64,000 nt of DNA from Myxococcales bacterium. GTDB lineage: Bacteria; Myxococcota_A; Polyangia; Polyangiales; DASUME01. Below, piece after piece: positions 54,826 through 64,000 of the stretch. Position 1 is the first letter of the stretch. Each line of letters opens with the position of its first letter. Position numbers and translations under genes: made by a program. A model generated the notes under the pieces. It saw nothing but the letters and a program-made list of their open reading frames with translations. It did not search any database and was not told the origin of the DNA. The stretch covers positions 5,952,001 to 6,016,000 of the forward strand of contig JASGJH010000001.1 in assembly GCA_047601445.1 (NCBI GenBank), in the 5' to 3' direction.

Positions 54826-55305
54826 TCACGCAGGCTGGGTCTGCTGTTGCGCGCGGGGAGCCTTGAGCCACCGGAGCACTCGCGTGTCGGCCGCATAGCG
54901 ACCACCGCCGCGCCACATCAATGGCAGGGAGAGTGCCAATGCGAGCAGGTGGAACTCGAAGCCCTCGCCGCTCTGGTTGCCGAACCAGTTCATGAAGAAG
55001 CCGTTGGTCCAATGCACCAGATACACGGCGCCGAGCATGATGGCGCTGATGCCGAAGGCGGCGACGCGCGTGAACAGCCCGAACGCCAAGAGCAGAGCGC
55101 CCAGGGATTCGCCGAGTACGACCAGAAGGGCGAGCATGGAAGGCACGTGCTCGGGGCCCGTGAGGAAGTTCATGGAGGCCTCGAAGCCGAAGCCGCCGTA
55201 CCAGCCGAGCAGCTTCTGCGCTCCGTGGGGCCAGATGACGAGGGCCAGGACCGCGCGTTGTACGAGTAACTGGGTCGATTCGTTGGTGGTGAGCAAGCGT
55301 TGCAT
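54826..55305 (-). CDS. DoxX family membrane protein
   Basis: HGAQKLLGWYGG.G, GLFTR, HWTNGFFMNW and GFEFHLL; AAGGAG RBS. Confidence 0.92.
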   Translation of the reverse strand: MQRLLTTNESTQLLVQRAVLALVIWPHGAQKLLGWYGGFGFEASMNFLTGPEHVPSMLALLVVLGESLGALLLAFGLFTRVAAFGISAIMLGAVYLVHWTNGFFMNWFGNQSGEGFEFHLLALALSLPLMWRGGGRYAADTRVLRWLKAPRAQQQTQPA

Positions 55306-55401
55306 GGAAGGGGGCTCCTTGGATGAGAGAGAGGTACGCCTCGCCGAGCGCTTGCAGTAGAGGCCCTCTCGCCACCACACTGTTCTCCCAGGAGAACAAT
55401 C

Positions 55402-56376
55402 GTGACGGTCCCGCCCATTGCACGAGCGCCTAGAGCGCTCGATGACCTCGCTTCCATGGCCCTGTTCGCTCACGTGGTGCAGGCCCGCTCCTTCACCGGC
55501 GCTGCGCGGGAGGTGGGGATCGCCAAGTCCGCCGTGTCCAAGCGCATCGCGCTCTTGGAGGAGCGGCTCGGAGTGCGCTTGCTCAACCGTTCGACACGCA
55601 AGCTGTCGGTCACCGGCGATGGCATGCGTTACTACGAGCACTGCGCTGCCCTGCTCTCAGCGGCGGCAGCGGCGGACGCCGCGCTAAGTGACGCGAGCCA
55701 GGTGGCCAAGGGGAGTCTCAGGGTCAACGCGCCCGTCACCCTCTCGCAGCTGCACCTGGGCCGAGCCATCTCCCAGTTTCTGCGCAGCTATCCCGAGATC
55801 GACGTTCATCTGCACGCCGAGGATGCATTGGTGGACGTCGTGGAGGGCGGCTTCGACGTAGTGATCCGCATTGCGCGGCTCGGCGAGTCGAGTCTGGTGG
55901 CGCGTAAGCTAGCGAGCGATCGGTTGGTGGTGTGCGCTTCACCAGACTACTTGGCGCGCGCGGGCACACCCGACTCGCCCGCTGACCTGGTGCATCACAA
56001 CTGCCTGCACTACGCGCGCGTGCCGACGGCCGCCGAGTGGCGCTTTCGAGGCCCGCAGGGGACCTTTGTGGTGCCGGCGCGCTGCAACTTCAGCACCACC
56101 AACGGCACGGTGCTGCGCGAAGCCGCCCTGGCCGGCCTCGGACTCGCCGTGCTGCCGTCGTTCATGGTGGCGGAAGAGGTGGCCGCGGGAAGGCTGGCGC
56201 TGGTGTTGGAGGGAGCTCGCAAGGCAGAAATCGGGGTCTACGCGATGTTTGCCGAGCGCAGGCAGCTGCCCGCCCGCACCAAGCTCTTTCTGCAGTTTCT
56301 CGCGCAGTACTTCGGTGGTCGTCCGCTCGGCCTCGCGAGTTCCAGGTCCGATCGCTCCCGCCGCACTCCAACGTGA
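55402..56376 (+). CDS. LysR family regulator (CrgA-like)
   Basis: SFTGAA...KSAVSKRI..LE..LGVRLLNRSTR HTH; CASPDYL. Confidence 0.95.
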   Translation: MTVPPIARAPRALDDLASMALFAHVVQARSFTGAAREVGIAKSAVSKRIALLEERLGVRLLNRSTRKLSVTGDGMRYYEHCAALLSAAAAADAALSDASQVAKGSLRVNAPVTLSQLHLGRAISQFLRSYPEIDVHLHAEDALVDVVEGGFDVVIRIARLGESSLVARKLASDRLVVCASPDYLARAGTPDSPADLVHHNCLHYARVPTAAEWRFRGPQGTFVVPARCNFSTTNGTVLREAALAGLGLAVLPSFMVAEEVAAGRLALVLEGARKAEIGVYAMFAERRQLPARTKLFLQFLAQYFGGRPLGLASSRSDRSRRTPT

Positions 56377-56526
56377 ACGTCAGCGCCCTCGCCCGGCCAC
56401 CGTGAGCGTCAGCGTAGTCGTGCGCGTGCGCATCACCGCCCTCGCTTCGTCACCGCAGTCGAGCGCGTGCGCGTCCTCGTCACTCCTACTCGTCCCCCGC
56501 CCCAACCCCAACAAACACAACGCCGC

Positions 56527-57204
56527 CTAGCTCCGCGCCGGCAGCGCCTGCCCTCCTCGCGCCTCCGCCCGCTGATACGCGGGCCTTTGCTTGATGCGGT
56601 CGAGCCAGTCGAGGATGCGCGGGTGAGCTTCGCGCGTGAGGGGTACGCGCGTGCGCGCCGCCTCGAGGGGCATGCTCATCTGGATGTCGGCTGCACTGAA
56701 CTCGGAGCCCGCGAACCAAGGCGTCCTGCCGAGCTCGTTTTCCACGAAGCCGAGCTGCAAGGCCAGCTGGGGCCTGGTCCAGGCGCGCTCCACGCCTTCG
56801 ACGATCAACCAGGCGGCCGGGCGCAAGAGCAGCGGCGTGGGCTTCTGAGGGACCTTGCTGAGCACCAGCTTCATCACCAGGAGCGGCATCAGCGAGCCCT
56901 CCGCATAGTGCAGCCAGTAGGTGTAACGCAGGCGCGCATCGACCTCGGCGGCCACCGGCGCCAGGCGTCCCGCTCCGTAGCGCCCCAGCACGTACTCGAT
57001 GATGGCGCCGGACTCCGCGATGGTGTGGCCCTCGTCGGTGATGACCGGCGACTTGCCCAGGGGGTGCACGGCCTTCAGCGAGTCGGGCGCCAGGAAGCGC
57101 TTGGTGCGCCGATAGCCCACGATTTCGTAGGGCAACCCGAGCTCTTCGAGCAGCCAGAGCACACGCTGAGAGCGCGAGATTTCCAGGTGATGGACAGTGA
57201 TCAC
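56527..57204 (-). CDS. Glutathione S-transferase
   Basis: HHLE.SRSQRVLWLLEEL, HPLGKSPV, ESGAI and AADIQM. Confidence 0.93.
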   Translation of the reverse strand: MITVHHLEISRSQRVLWLLEELGLPYEIVGYRRTKRFLAPDSLKAVHPLGKSPVITDEGHTIAESGAIIEYVLGRYGAGRLAPVAAEVDARLRYTYWLHYAEGSLMPLLVMKLVLSKVPQKPTPLLLRPAAWLIVEGVERAWTRPQLALQLGFVENELGRTPWFAGSEFSAADIQMSMPLEAARTRVPLTREAHPRILDWLDRIKQRPAYQRAEARGGQALPARS

Positions 57205-57308
57205 GGGCCTTGCCTTTCCAGGTCCCGAGCCTGGCACGCCCTCCTCTCCCCCGCGACCTAAGCCGGCCCGACTTGAATCGTAACGTTGTTCCGATTAGGC
57301 TGTGCGGC

Positions 57309-58064
57309 ATGTCGGAAAGCCCAGTCAGCTATCGCAGTCAGGCCGGCGTCGCCACCATCACGATGGACGACGGCAAGCGTAACGCCCTCTCGCCTCGCAT
57401 GTTCGAGGAGCTCAGCAAGGCCTTCGATCAGGCCGAGCGCGAGGACGCCATCGTGATCCTCACGGGTCGCGAGGAGGTGTTCTCGGCGGGCTTCGATCTG
57501 AAGGTCTTGCGTGCGGGCAACTTGAGCTCGCTCGCCCTGATGCGCGCGGGCTTTCTGTTCGCGGCGCGCATGCTGGGCCATCCGCGGCCGGTGATCTCCG
57601 CCTGCAACGGGCACGCGCTCGCCATGGGCGCCTTCCTGCTGCTGGCCTCCGATTACCGCATCGGCACCGAGGGGGCGTACAAGTTCGCCACCAACGAGGT
57701 TGCCATCGGCATCCCCATGCCGCGCTCGGGCGTGGAGCTGTGCCGTCAGCGTCTTGCGCCGGCCCACTTCCACCGCGCCGCGATCTTGGCGGAGACCTTC
57801 AACCCTCAAGGCGCCGTGGAGGCGGGCTTCATCGATCGGCTTGTGCCCGCGTCCGAGCTGCAAGGCGCCGCGCAGGCGATGGCGGGCGAGCTCGCCAAGC
57901 TCGATCGCGACGCCCATGCCATCACCAAGCTTCGGATCCGCGAGCACAGCATCGAGACCATCCGCACGGGGGTGCTGCTCGATCTGCGCGACTTCGCCAT
58001 GATGGGGGCGAAGGCCATGCTCAACGCGAAGCTGCGCCCGAGCAACGCCAGCCGAAAGGCCTGA
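57309..58064 (+). CDS. Crotonase/enoyl-CoA hydratase family protein
   Basis: DDGKRNAL, FSAGFDL, GHALAMG and NEVAIG. Confidence 0.92.
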   Translation: MSESPVSYRSQAGVATITMDDGKRNALSPRMFEELSKAFDQAEREDAIVILTGREEVFSAGFDLKVLRAGNLSSLALMRAGFLFAARMLGHPRPVISACNGHALAMGAFLLLASDYRIGTEGAYKFATNEVAIGIPMPRSGVELCRQRLAPAHFHRAAILAETFNPQGAVEAGFIDRLVPASELQGAAQAMAGELAKLDRDAHAITKLRIREHSIETIRTGVLLDLRDFAMMGAKAMLNAKLRPSNASRKA

Positions 58065-58069
58065 GATCG

Positions 58070-58676
58070 GTGCCGCGCACCAAGCTTCGTACCGAGGAGC
58101 TGCGGGAGCGCGTGCTCGAGGTGGCGCTACGTGCGCTCGAGTCCGAGGGCGTGCTGGGCTTCACGACCCGGCGTATCGCGGCCCAGGCGGGCACGTCGCT
58201 GCCGGCCGTGTACGAGCTGTTCGGCGACAAGGCGGGCCTCGTGCGCGCCATGTATTTCGAAGGGTTTCGTCGGCTCGGGCAGCACTTCGCGGAGCTCGCC
58301 ACCGCCGACGATCCGCGGGGCGATTCTGTTGGCGCTCTTGCGCCTGCAAGCAGGCTTCGTGCGCGAGCACCCCAAGCTCTCGGAGGTGATGTTCTCGCGT
58401 CCGTTCGCGGACTTCGACCCCGGGCCCGCGGAGCTCAAGGCCGGCAACGCCGTGCGCAAGGCCATCGTGGGCCGCGTGCGCCGCTGCATCGAAGCCAAGG
58501 TGATGACTGGCAACGAGACCGACATCGCCCACGTGTTGCTGGCCATGTTGCAGGGCTTGATCATGCAGGAGCGCGCGGGCTGGCTCGGCACCAGTCAGGC
58601 CTCCATCGAGCGACGCTGGGAGCTGGGCTTGCAGGCTGCCATCGCTGGACTGAGGCCTACGGACTGGTCGGGGTGA
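58070..58676 (+). CDS. TetR family regulator, frameshifted at about 58317-58326
   Basis: TTRRIAAQAGTSLPAVYELFGDKAGL HTH in one frame; the C-terminal domain (LLALLRL...GWLG) is in the next frame. Confidence 0.85.
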
Positions 58677-58780
58677 AGCAGTCCGACCTGAGTGTTCTTA
58701 CCTTGGTGGAGACCGGGATTGCCGCTAGCATCGTGCGCTCTCTCCGGAGCTCAGATCTCTGAGCAAGAAGGTGTGCGCGT

Positions 58781-59371
58781 ATGAAGCGTTCCTGGCAGCT
58801 GGGTCTCGTGTTCTCGATCGCTCTGATGGGATGCACGGGCGCCCACTTGGTTCCGCGATTTCGCTCGGTAGGCAAGATCGGCGGGCCGCCGCGTGCGGCC
58901 GCGCCGGTGCAGGCAGAGAACGTGGCCGTGTATCAGGCCAGCGCGCCCGAGGGCTTCAAGCTCGACGATCTCGAGCTCCGAGTGGAGCCGGGCTACACGC
59001 ACGAGGTCATCGGCTCGATCGTCCTCGATTCCGAGGGCTACTGCGACCTGGGCGAGAAGGGCACGTACTCTTTCGCCAACGTCACCAAGGCGCTGCAGGG
59101 CGCGGCCGCGGAGCGCGGGGGCACCGCGGTGATCTATGCGGCGATTAGCGTGACCGACCAGGAGATGGCCGACTGCAAGCACGCCTCCGAGATGACGATC
59201 GTGGACGGCAAGCGCGTGGCTGCCGCAGGTTGGATCGTGGTGGTCGGTAAGGGGCCCGAAGCAGCCGCGCCGACGGCAGCGGTCCCTGCTGCCGGTGGCG
59301 AGCAGCCTGCCGCGGAGACAACCGGGACCAGCAACGACTCCAACGCACCCGTGGCCGCCGGCCAGCTCTGA
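58781..59371 (+). CDS. Hypothetical lipoprotein
   Basis: LMGC lipobox; AAAERGGTAVI resembles YbjQ/RcsF-like small lipoprotein folds. Confidence 0.7.
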   Translation: MKRSWQLGLVFSIALMGCTGAHLVPRFRSVGKIGGPPRAAAPVQAENVAVYQASAPEGFKLDDLELRVEPGYTHEVIGSIVLDSEGYCDLGEKGTYSFANVTKALQGAAAERGGTAVIYAAISVTDQEMADCKHASEMTIVDGKRVAAAGWIVVVGKGPEAAAPTAAVPAAGGEQPAAETTGTSNDSNAPVAAGQL

Positions 59372-59454
59372 CACGAGGGTGCTCTCGTGCCCCAGGCATC
59401 GACGGGTCGGAACCCATCGAAAGCCGCAGAGGCCCGCGTGGCGCAACCCCGCTG

Positions 59455-61680
59455 CTACTTCACGATGCGCAGGTGGGGCGTCTTCTCCCCGGGCGCGCTC
59501 TCAGGAGCGCGCTGGGGCTCGAGCGCGTCGTGCACCTTGCGCACGAGGCTGATGGACGTGAACGGCTTCTTGAGGAAGCTCGTGGCCACGCCCAGGAGTT
59601 GTTCGCGCCCCAGGAGCTGCTCGCTATAGCCGGACATGTAGATCACCGGCAGCGTCGGGCGTAGTTCACGCAGCTTCTCGGCGAGCTCCGTGCCCTTCAT
59701 CTGCGGCATCAAGATGTCCACGAGCAACAGATCCGGCTCGACCTCCCCGCGCGAGACTGCCGCAAGCGCGTCGAGGGCCTGGGCCGCCGTACGTACGTCG
59801 TAGCCCTGGGCTTGCAGGGTGTTGGCGATCATCCCGCGCACCATGTCGTGGTCCTCCACCACGAGCACCGTCCCGTGATGCTCGCCCTGGGGCTGCTCTT
59901 CGACGTCCTGTTCGGTGGGAGGTTCGACACCCTCGGCGCGCGGCAGGTAGATGCGAAACTCCGTGCCCTTGCCTAGCTCGCTGGACAGGAGGATTTGTCC
60001 GCCCGCTTGCCGCACGATGCCGTGGGAGCTGGCGAGCCCGAGGCCCGTGCCTTGGCCCACGTCCTTGGTGGTGAAGAAGGGCTCGAACGCGCGATCCTGC
60101 ACCTCCTTGGTCATGCCCGTCCCGGTATCGCTGACCGCCAGCATCACGTAGTGCCCTGCGGCGAGGCCGGGCAATGCGTCGTGATCGCCTTCGAGCACGA
60201 TGTTGGCGGTCTCCAGCGTGAGCAGGCCGCCCTGCGGCATGGCGTCGCGAGCGTTGATGGCCAGGTTGAGCAACACCTGTTCGAACTGTCCCGGGTCGAC
60301 CTCCACCGTCCACAGGCCCTTGGAGAGCTCGGTTTTGAGCTCGATGTCCTCGATCAGCGCACGGCTCAGCAGCGTGCTCATGCCTAGCACCAGCGAGTTC
60401 AAGTCCACGATCCGCGGCTCGATCACTTGCTTGCGTGCGAATGCCAGGAGCTGTTGCGTCAGCGTGGCGGCGCGCTCTGCAGCCGAACGCACGTGATCGA
60501 TGTACGTCAGCGCGGGCCCGCTCTTCACGGCGCTCTGCGCCAGCTCGACCGACCCAAGGATCACGGTGAGGAGGTTGTTGAAGTCGTGGGCGATGCCGCC
60601 CGCGAGTCGGCCGATGCCCTCGACCCGCTGCGCCTGCACCAGGTCCTCCTCGAGGCGCTTGCGATCGGTGACGTCGGTCATGAAACCCTCGATGCCGGTC
60701 AGGCGACCCTTGGCGTCGTGCACGGCGCGGGCTACGTCGAGGATCCAGCGCGTCTCACCGGCGCGCGTGCGCAGGCGATACTCCTGGGAGGCGGGTTGCT
60801 GCGAGCGAAAGCTCTGGCTGCGCTTCTCGCGCAGGCCAGGCAAGTCGGCGGGGTGCACGAGATCGAGGTACGAGACGGATCCACCGATGAGCTCGTCGGC
60901 CCGATAGCCCGTGAGTTCGAGGCAGCGTTCGCTCACGAAGTCGAAGTCGAAGTCCTCCCTCGCGCAGCGGTACACCATGCCCGAGAGGTTGGCGATCAAG
61001 TTGGACAGCATGCGCTCGCGCTCGCGCAGGGCATCCTCGAGGCGGCTCCGTTCGCGGTCGATGGCGTGCAGCTCGTTGACCTGGCGCTCGAGCTCCACCA
61101 GTGCCGGATCGCGCAGCCAGGCCGTCAAGCGCGAGATGAGCCGCACGTGCTGCGCTGGCAGCGCCACGTCGTAGTGGGCGTAGTGGGATGAGATCTGCGC
61201 GTCGACCTTGGCCAGCTCCAGGTTCTGCATGATGGGTAGGGCCTCGAGCCCGCCCTGCAGCACGCGAAACCAGCCCGGGCTGGTACGAAAGTGGGCGGGC
61301 ACCCGGATCTCGATGCTCAGATTGCGCTTGTTCACCGCGCGCACTTGTACGATCAAGTTGCGGTGCAGCAGCGGGAGTTGCCAGCGCAAGCCCACCTGGT
61401 AGAGCTGCGTCAAGCCCATCGCCAAGCCCGCAATGCGTCGCAAAGGGGCCACTACATCCTGACGGATCGCCTCCCGTCCGATCTCGATCAGGGCGTCGTC
61501 CCCGAGCACGGCGGTGAAGCGGTCGATGACCTCCATCAACACGTCCCAGTCGATCCATCCGCTCTTGTCGCGCAAGTCGTGCGGCACGGGTAGCCCCGCG
61601 ACCATGTCCTCGAAGGACAGTCCGTGCGTCGCTGCGACGTGCTCCCATACGCCGAGGACGCGACACGAAACTTCCCGCAT
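59455..61680 (-). CDS. Hybrid sensor histidine kinase (unknown N-domain-PAS-HisKA-HATPase-REC)
   Basis: GRLAGGIAHDFNNLL, NLAINARDAM, FEPFFTTK, GTGLGL and VLVVED. Confidence 0.95.
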   Translation of the reverse strand: MREVSCRVLGVWEHVAATHGLSFEDMVAGLPVPHDLRDKSGWIDWDVLMEVIDRFTAVLGDDALIEIGREAIRQDVVAPLRRIAGLAMGLTQLYQVGLRWQLPLLHRNLIVQVRAVNKRNLSIEIRVPAHFRTSPGWFRVLQGGLEALPIMQNLELAKVDAQISSHYAHYDVALPAQHVRLISRLTAWLRDPALVELERQVNELHAIDRERSRLEDALRERERMLSNLIANLSGMVYRCAREDFDFDFVSERCLELTGYRADELIGGSVSYLDLVHPADLPGLREKRSQSFRSQQPASQEYRLRTRAGETRWILDVARAVHDAKGRLTGIEGFMTDVTDRKRLEEDLVQAQRVEGIGRLAGGIAHDFNNLLTVILGSVELAQSAVKSGPALTYIDHVRSAAERAATLTQQLLAFARKQVIEPRIVDLNSLVLGMSTLLSRALIEDIELKTELSKGLWTVEVDPGQFEQVLLNLAINARDAMPQGGLLTLETANIVLEGDHDALPGLAAGHYVMLAVSDTGTGMTKEVQDRAFEPFFTTKDVGQGTGLGLASSHGIVRQAGGQILLSSELGKGTEFRIYLPRAEGVEPPTEQDVEEQPQGEHHGTVLVVEDHDMVRGMIANTLQAQGYDVRTAAQALDALAAVSRGEVEPDLLLVDILMPQMKGTELAEKLRELRPTLPVIYMSGYSEQLLGREQLLGVATSFLKKPFTSISLVRKVHDALEPQRAPESAPGEKTPHLRIVK

Positions 61681-61851
61681 GCGCCGCAGTATACTCAATC
61701 GATTCCCGCGCCCAGCAGGCATCTGTCGCGAGTCAGCGCTTGCTCGTGGCGCCCGCGCGCGAACACGCTGCGCGCACTCGAGTCAGCCACGTGTGCGCGG
61801 CGCGAAAGCGCGCAGGGCAGCCGAGACCGCTTTGAGTTAGGCTCGCATGTA

Positions 61852-62436
61852 GTGGGCACACCTCCCTTACTCGGCATCTTCGTGGGCGGCGCCTCGCGCC
61901 GCATGGGTGGTTACCCGAAAGGGCTACTTACGGCTCGGGACACGGCGGAGCCACTCGTCGTGCGTCTCGCACGGCTCGCGCGCGAGGTCGGTCTCGAGCC
62001 AGTCTGGGTGGGACGCGCAGATGCCTATCGCGCGCTTTTGCCCGAATTGAGGGAGCTCACGGACGACCCAGCGGGCGTCGGTCCACTCGGCGGATTGATG
62101 GCCCTATTGCGGGCTGCTCGTCACGAGCACGTGTTGGCCATGGCCTGCGACATGCCGCATGTGTCCCCGCAACTGTTGTGGCGTTTGCGCCAGGAGCAGC
62201 CCGAAGCGAGCGTGCTTTCGCCGCGCTCCGAGGTCGGCCTGTGGGAGCCGCTGTGCGCGCGCTACCGCGTGGCCGCCGTGCTGCCTGCTTGCGAGGCGGC
62301 CCTGGCGCGCGGTGACCGGTCGTTTCAAGCGCTGTTCGCCACGCTTCCCGTGGTGGAGCTCCCCTTGTCGGAGCTCGAGCGTCGCGAGCTGGTGGACTGG
62401 GACCGACCCGAAGACCTCAGCGAGAAGAGCCGCTGA
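61852..62436 (+). CDS. mobA: Molybdenum cofactor guanylyltransferase-like (MobA family)
   Basis: GGASRRMGG.PKGLL, GPLGGL, ACDMP and EPLCARY. Confidence 0.75.
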   Translation: MGTPPLLGIFVGGASRRMGGYPKGLLTARDTAEPLVVRLARLAREVGLEPVWVGRADAYRALLPELRELTDDPAGVGPLGGLMALLRAARHEHVLAMACDMPHVSPQLLWRLRQEQPEASVLSPRSEVGLWEPLCARYRVAAVLPACEAALARGDRSFQALFATLPVVELPLSELERRELVDWDRPEDLSEKSR

Positions 62437-62467
62437 GCTGTCCGCTGAGCTCACCAAGGCCGTCGTA

Positions 62468-64000
62468 CTAGGCCGCGGCTTCGCCCAGGACCCGTAAGAT
62501 CTCCTGGCCATAGACCTCGATCTTCTTTTCGCCCACGCCGCTGATACTCCGTAGCTCGGGCAGCGTGCTCGGTTGCCTGCGGGCCATCTCGGCCAAGGTC
62601 GCGTCGTGAAACACCACGTAGGCCGGCAAGTTTCGTTCGCGAGCCACCGCCGCGCGCCAGCTCTTGAGCGCCTCGAAGCGCCGTTGGGCCGGGGCATCCA
62701 TGGCGGCGTTGACCTCGGTGCGGCCGCGCCCGCGATCGCCAGCCTTTTTGTCGCGTGTTTTCCTGGCCTTGGGAGAGGGCCGGCGCATCAGAAGCGAGGC
62801 CTCTCCGCGCAACAGCGGGCGCGCGTGTTGAGTGAGGCTCAGCGTGTTGAACTCGCCCTCCGCGTGCAGCTGTCCCAGCGCCACCAACTGCCGCAGCACC
62901 GCGCGCCACTCGGCTTCGCTCAAGTCGGCTCCAATGCCGAACGTGCTCAAGCGCTGGTGTTGATATTGCTCGACCTTGTCGGTCTCCTTACCCCGCAGCA
63001 CGTCCACCAAGTGACCTGCCCCGAAGCGCTGGCCGCCCTGCTGATAGAAGCGATAGACGCAGCTCAGGGCCTTGCGTGCTGGTTCGGTGGCGTCCCACAC
63101 GGCCGGTGGCGTGAGGCAATTGTCGCAGTTGCCGCAGGGCGCACTGGCTTCCCCGAAGTACGAGAGCAGCCGCACGCGCCGACAGTCATAGGCCTCGGCG
63201 ATGGCCAGCAGCGCGTCGAGCTTCTTTTGCTGGGTGCGCTTGAACTCTTCGCCGGCCGGGCTCTCGTCGATCATGCGCCGCTGATTGACCACGTCGTGGA
63301 GGCCGTAGGCCATCCAGGCATTGGCCGCTTGGCCATCGCGTCCGGCGCGCCCCGTCTCCTGGTAGTAGCTCTCGACGGTCTTGGGCAGATCGAGGTGGGC
63401 CACGAAGCGCACGTCGGGCTTATCGATGCCCATTCCAAAGGCGATGGTCGCCACCATCACCAGGCCCTCCTCGCGGATGAACCGGTCCTGGCTCTGGCGC
63501 CTGAGCGAGCTGTCCATGCCTGCGTGGTAGGGCAGGGCGTCGATGCCCTCGCTCTTGAGCCAGGCGGCGGTCTCCTCCACCTTCTTGCGTGAGAGGCAGT
63601 AGACGATACCGGCATCGCCCGCGTGCTCGTCGCGGATGAAGCTCAGCAGCTGACCCTTGGCGTTGTCCTTCTCCACCACCGTGTAGCGGATGTTGGGCCG
63701 GTCGAAACTGCTGATGAAGCAGCGCGCTTCCTCGAGTGAGAGGCGCTGCACGATGTCCTGGCGCGTGACCTCGTCGGCCGTGGCCGTGAGGGCCACCCGC
63801 GGCACGCTGGGGAAGCGGCGCTTGAGTACGTTGAGCGCCAGGTAGTCGGAGCGGAAGTCGTGGCCCCATTGGCTCACGCAGTGCGCTTCGTCGATGGCGA
63901 ACAAGCTAAGCAGCCCGCGCTGGTGCAACGACTCGAGCTGGGCCTGGAAGCGGGGCATGGAGACGCGCTCGGGCGCCGCGTAGAGCAACACCAGACGCCC
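62468..64000 (-). CDS. recQ: ATP-dependent DNA helicase RecQ, 5'-truncated by the window edge
   Basis: [41 protein letters not shown], Zn-binding CGNCDNC and HRDC domain. Confidence 0.97.
   Translation of the reverse strand, partial: GRLVLLYAAPERVSMPRFQAQLESLHQRGLLSLFAIDEAHCVSQWGHDFRSDYLALNVLKRRFPSVPRVALTATADEVTRQDIVQRLSLEEARCFISSFDRPNIRYTVVEKDNAKGQLLSFIRDEHAGDAGIVYCLSRKKVEETAAWLKSEGIDALPYHAGMDSSLRRQSQDRFIREEGLVMVATIAFGMGIDKPDVRFVAHLDLPKTVESYYQETGRAGRDGQAANAWMAYGLHDVVNQRRMIDESPAGEEFKRTQQKKLDALLAIAEAYDCRRVRLLSYFGEASAPCGNCDNCLTPPAVWDATEPARKALSCVYRFYQQGGQRFGAGHLVDVLRGKETDKVEQYQHQRLSTFGIGADLSEAEWRAVLRQLVALGQLHAEGEFNTLSLTQHARPLLRGEASLLMRRPSPKARKTRDKKAGDRGRGRTEVNAAMDAPAQRRFEALKSWRAAVARERNLPAYVVFHDATLAEMARRQPSTLPELRSISGVGEKKIEVYGQEILRVLGEAAA

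Noticed and set aside
56370..56526. Low-complexity GTGAGCGT/GCGCGT-rich spacer as an RNA gene (similar tracts near 13685 and 39950)
   Set aside because: It resembles degenerate hexamer-repeat spacers between genes, with no consistent fold or defined ends.

Overview
High-GC chromosomal segment that looks myxobacterial (Myxococcota, probably Polyangiales-like). The basis is a MYXO-CTERM sorting signal, Gly-Asp-tract and Cys-rich lipoproteins, and a DUF1552 gene. All family assignments come from motif recognition in the translated sequence; no database search was run. About 55 coding regions are supported: a DUF1552/GH26-like locus, many secreted lipoproteins, SelO, acyl-CoA dehydrogenases, a thiolase/hydratase-dehydrogenase beta-oxidation cluster, ClpB, a P450, two hybrid histidine kinases, a GGDEF protein, a MobA-like protein and a 5'-truncated RecQ. 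The most notable region is a DNA-repair/stress island at about 23.4-29.6 kb. It holds a ligase-only LigD, two divergent tandem Ku genes, a soluble HhH protein, Cu/Zn-SOD and a decayed topoisomerase IB, with a cluster of sigma54-like promoter motifs. A structured ~85-100 bp three-hairpin repeat showing compensatory base changes occurs at three loci; at ligD it forms a 102-bp tandem array read in-frame into the ligase tail. A second large inverted repeat at 54.05-54.39 kb encloses a CTCGAG array. Four otherwise intact genes carry single frameshifts, each at or next to a present or restorable GATC, which suggests sequencing errors at modified sites. No rRNA, tRNA, CRISPR array or transposase was found.
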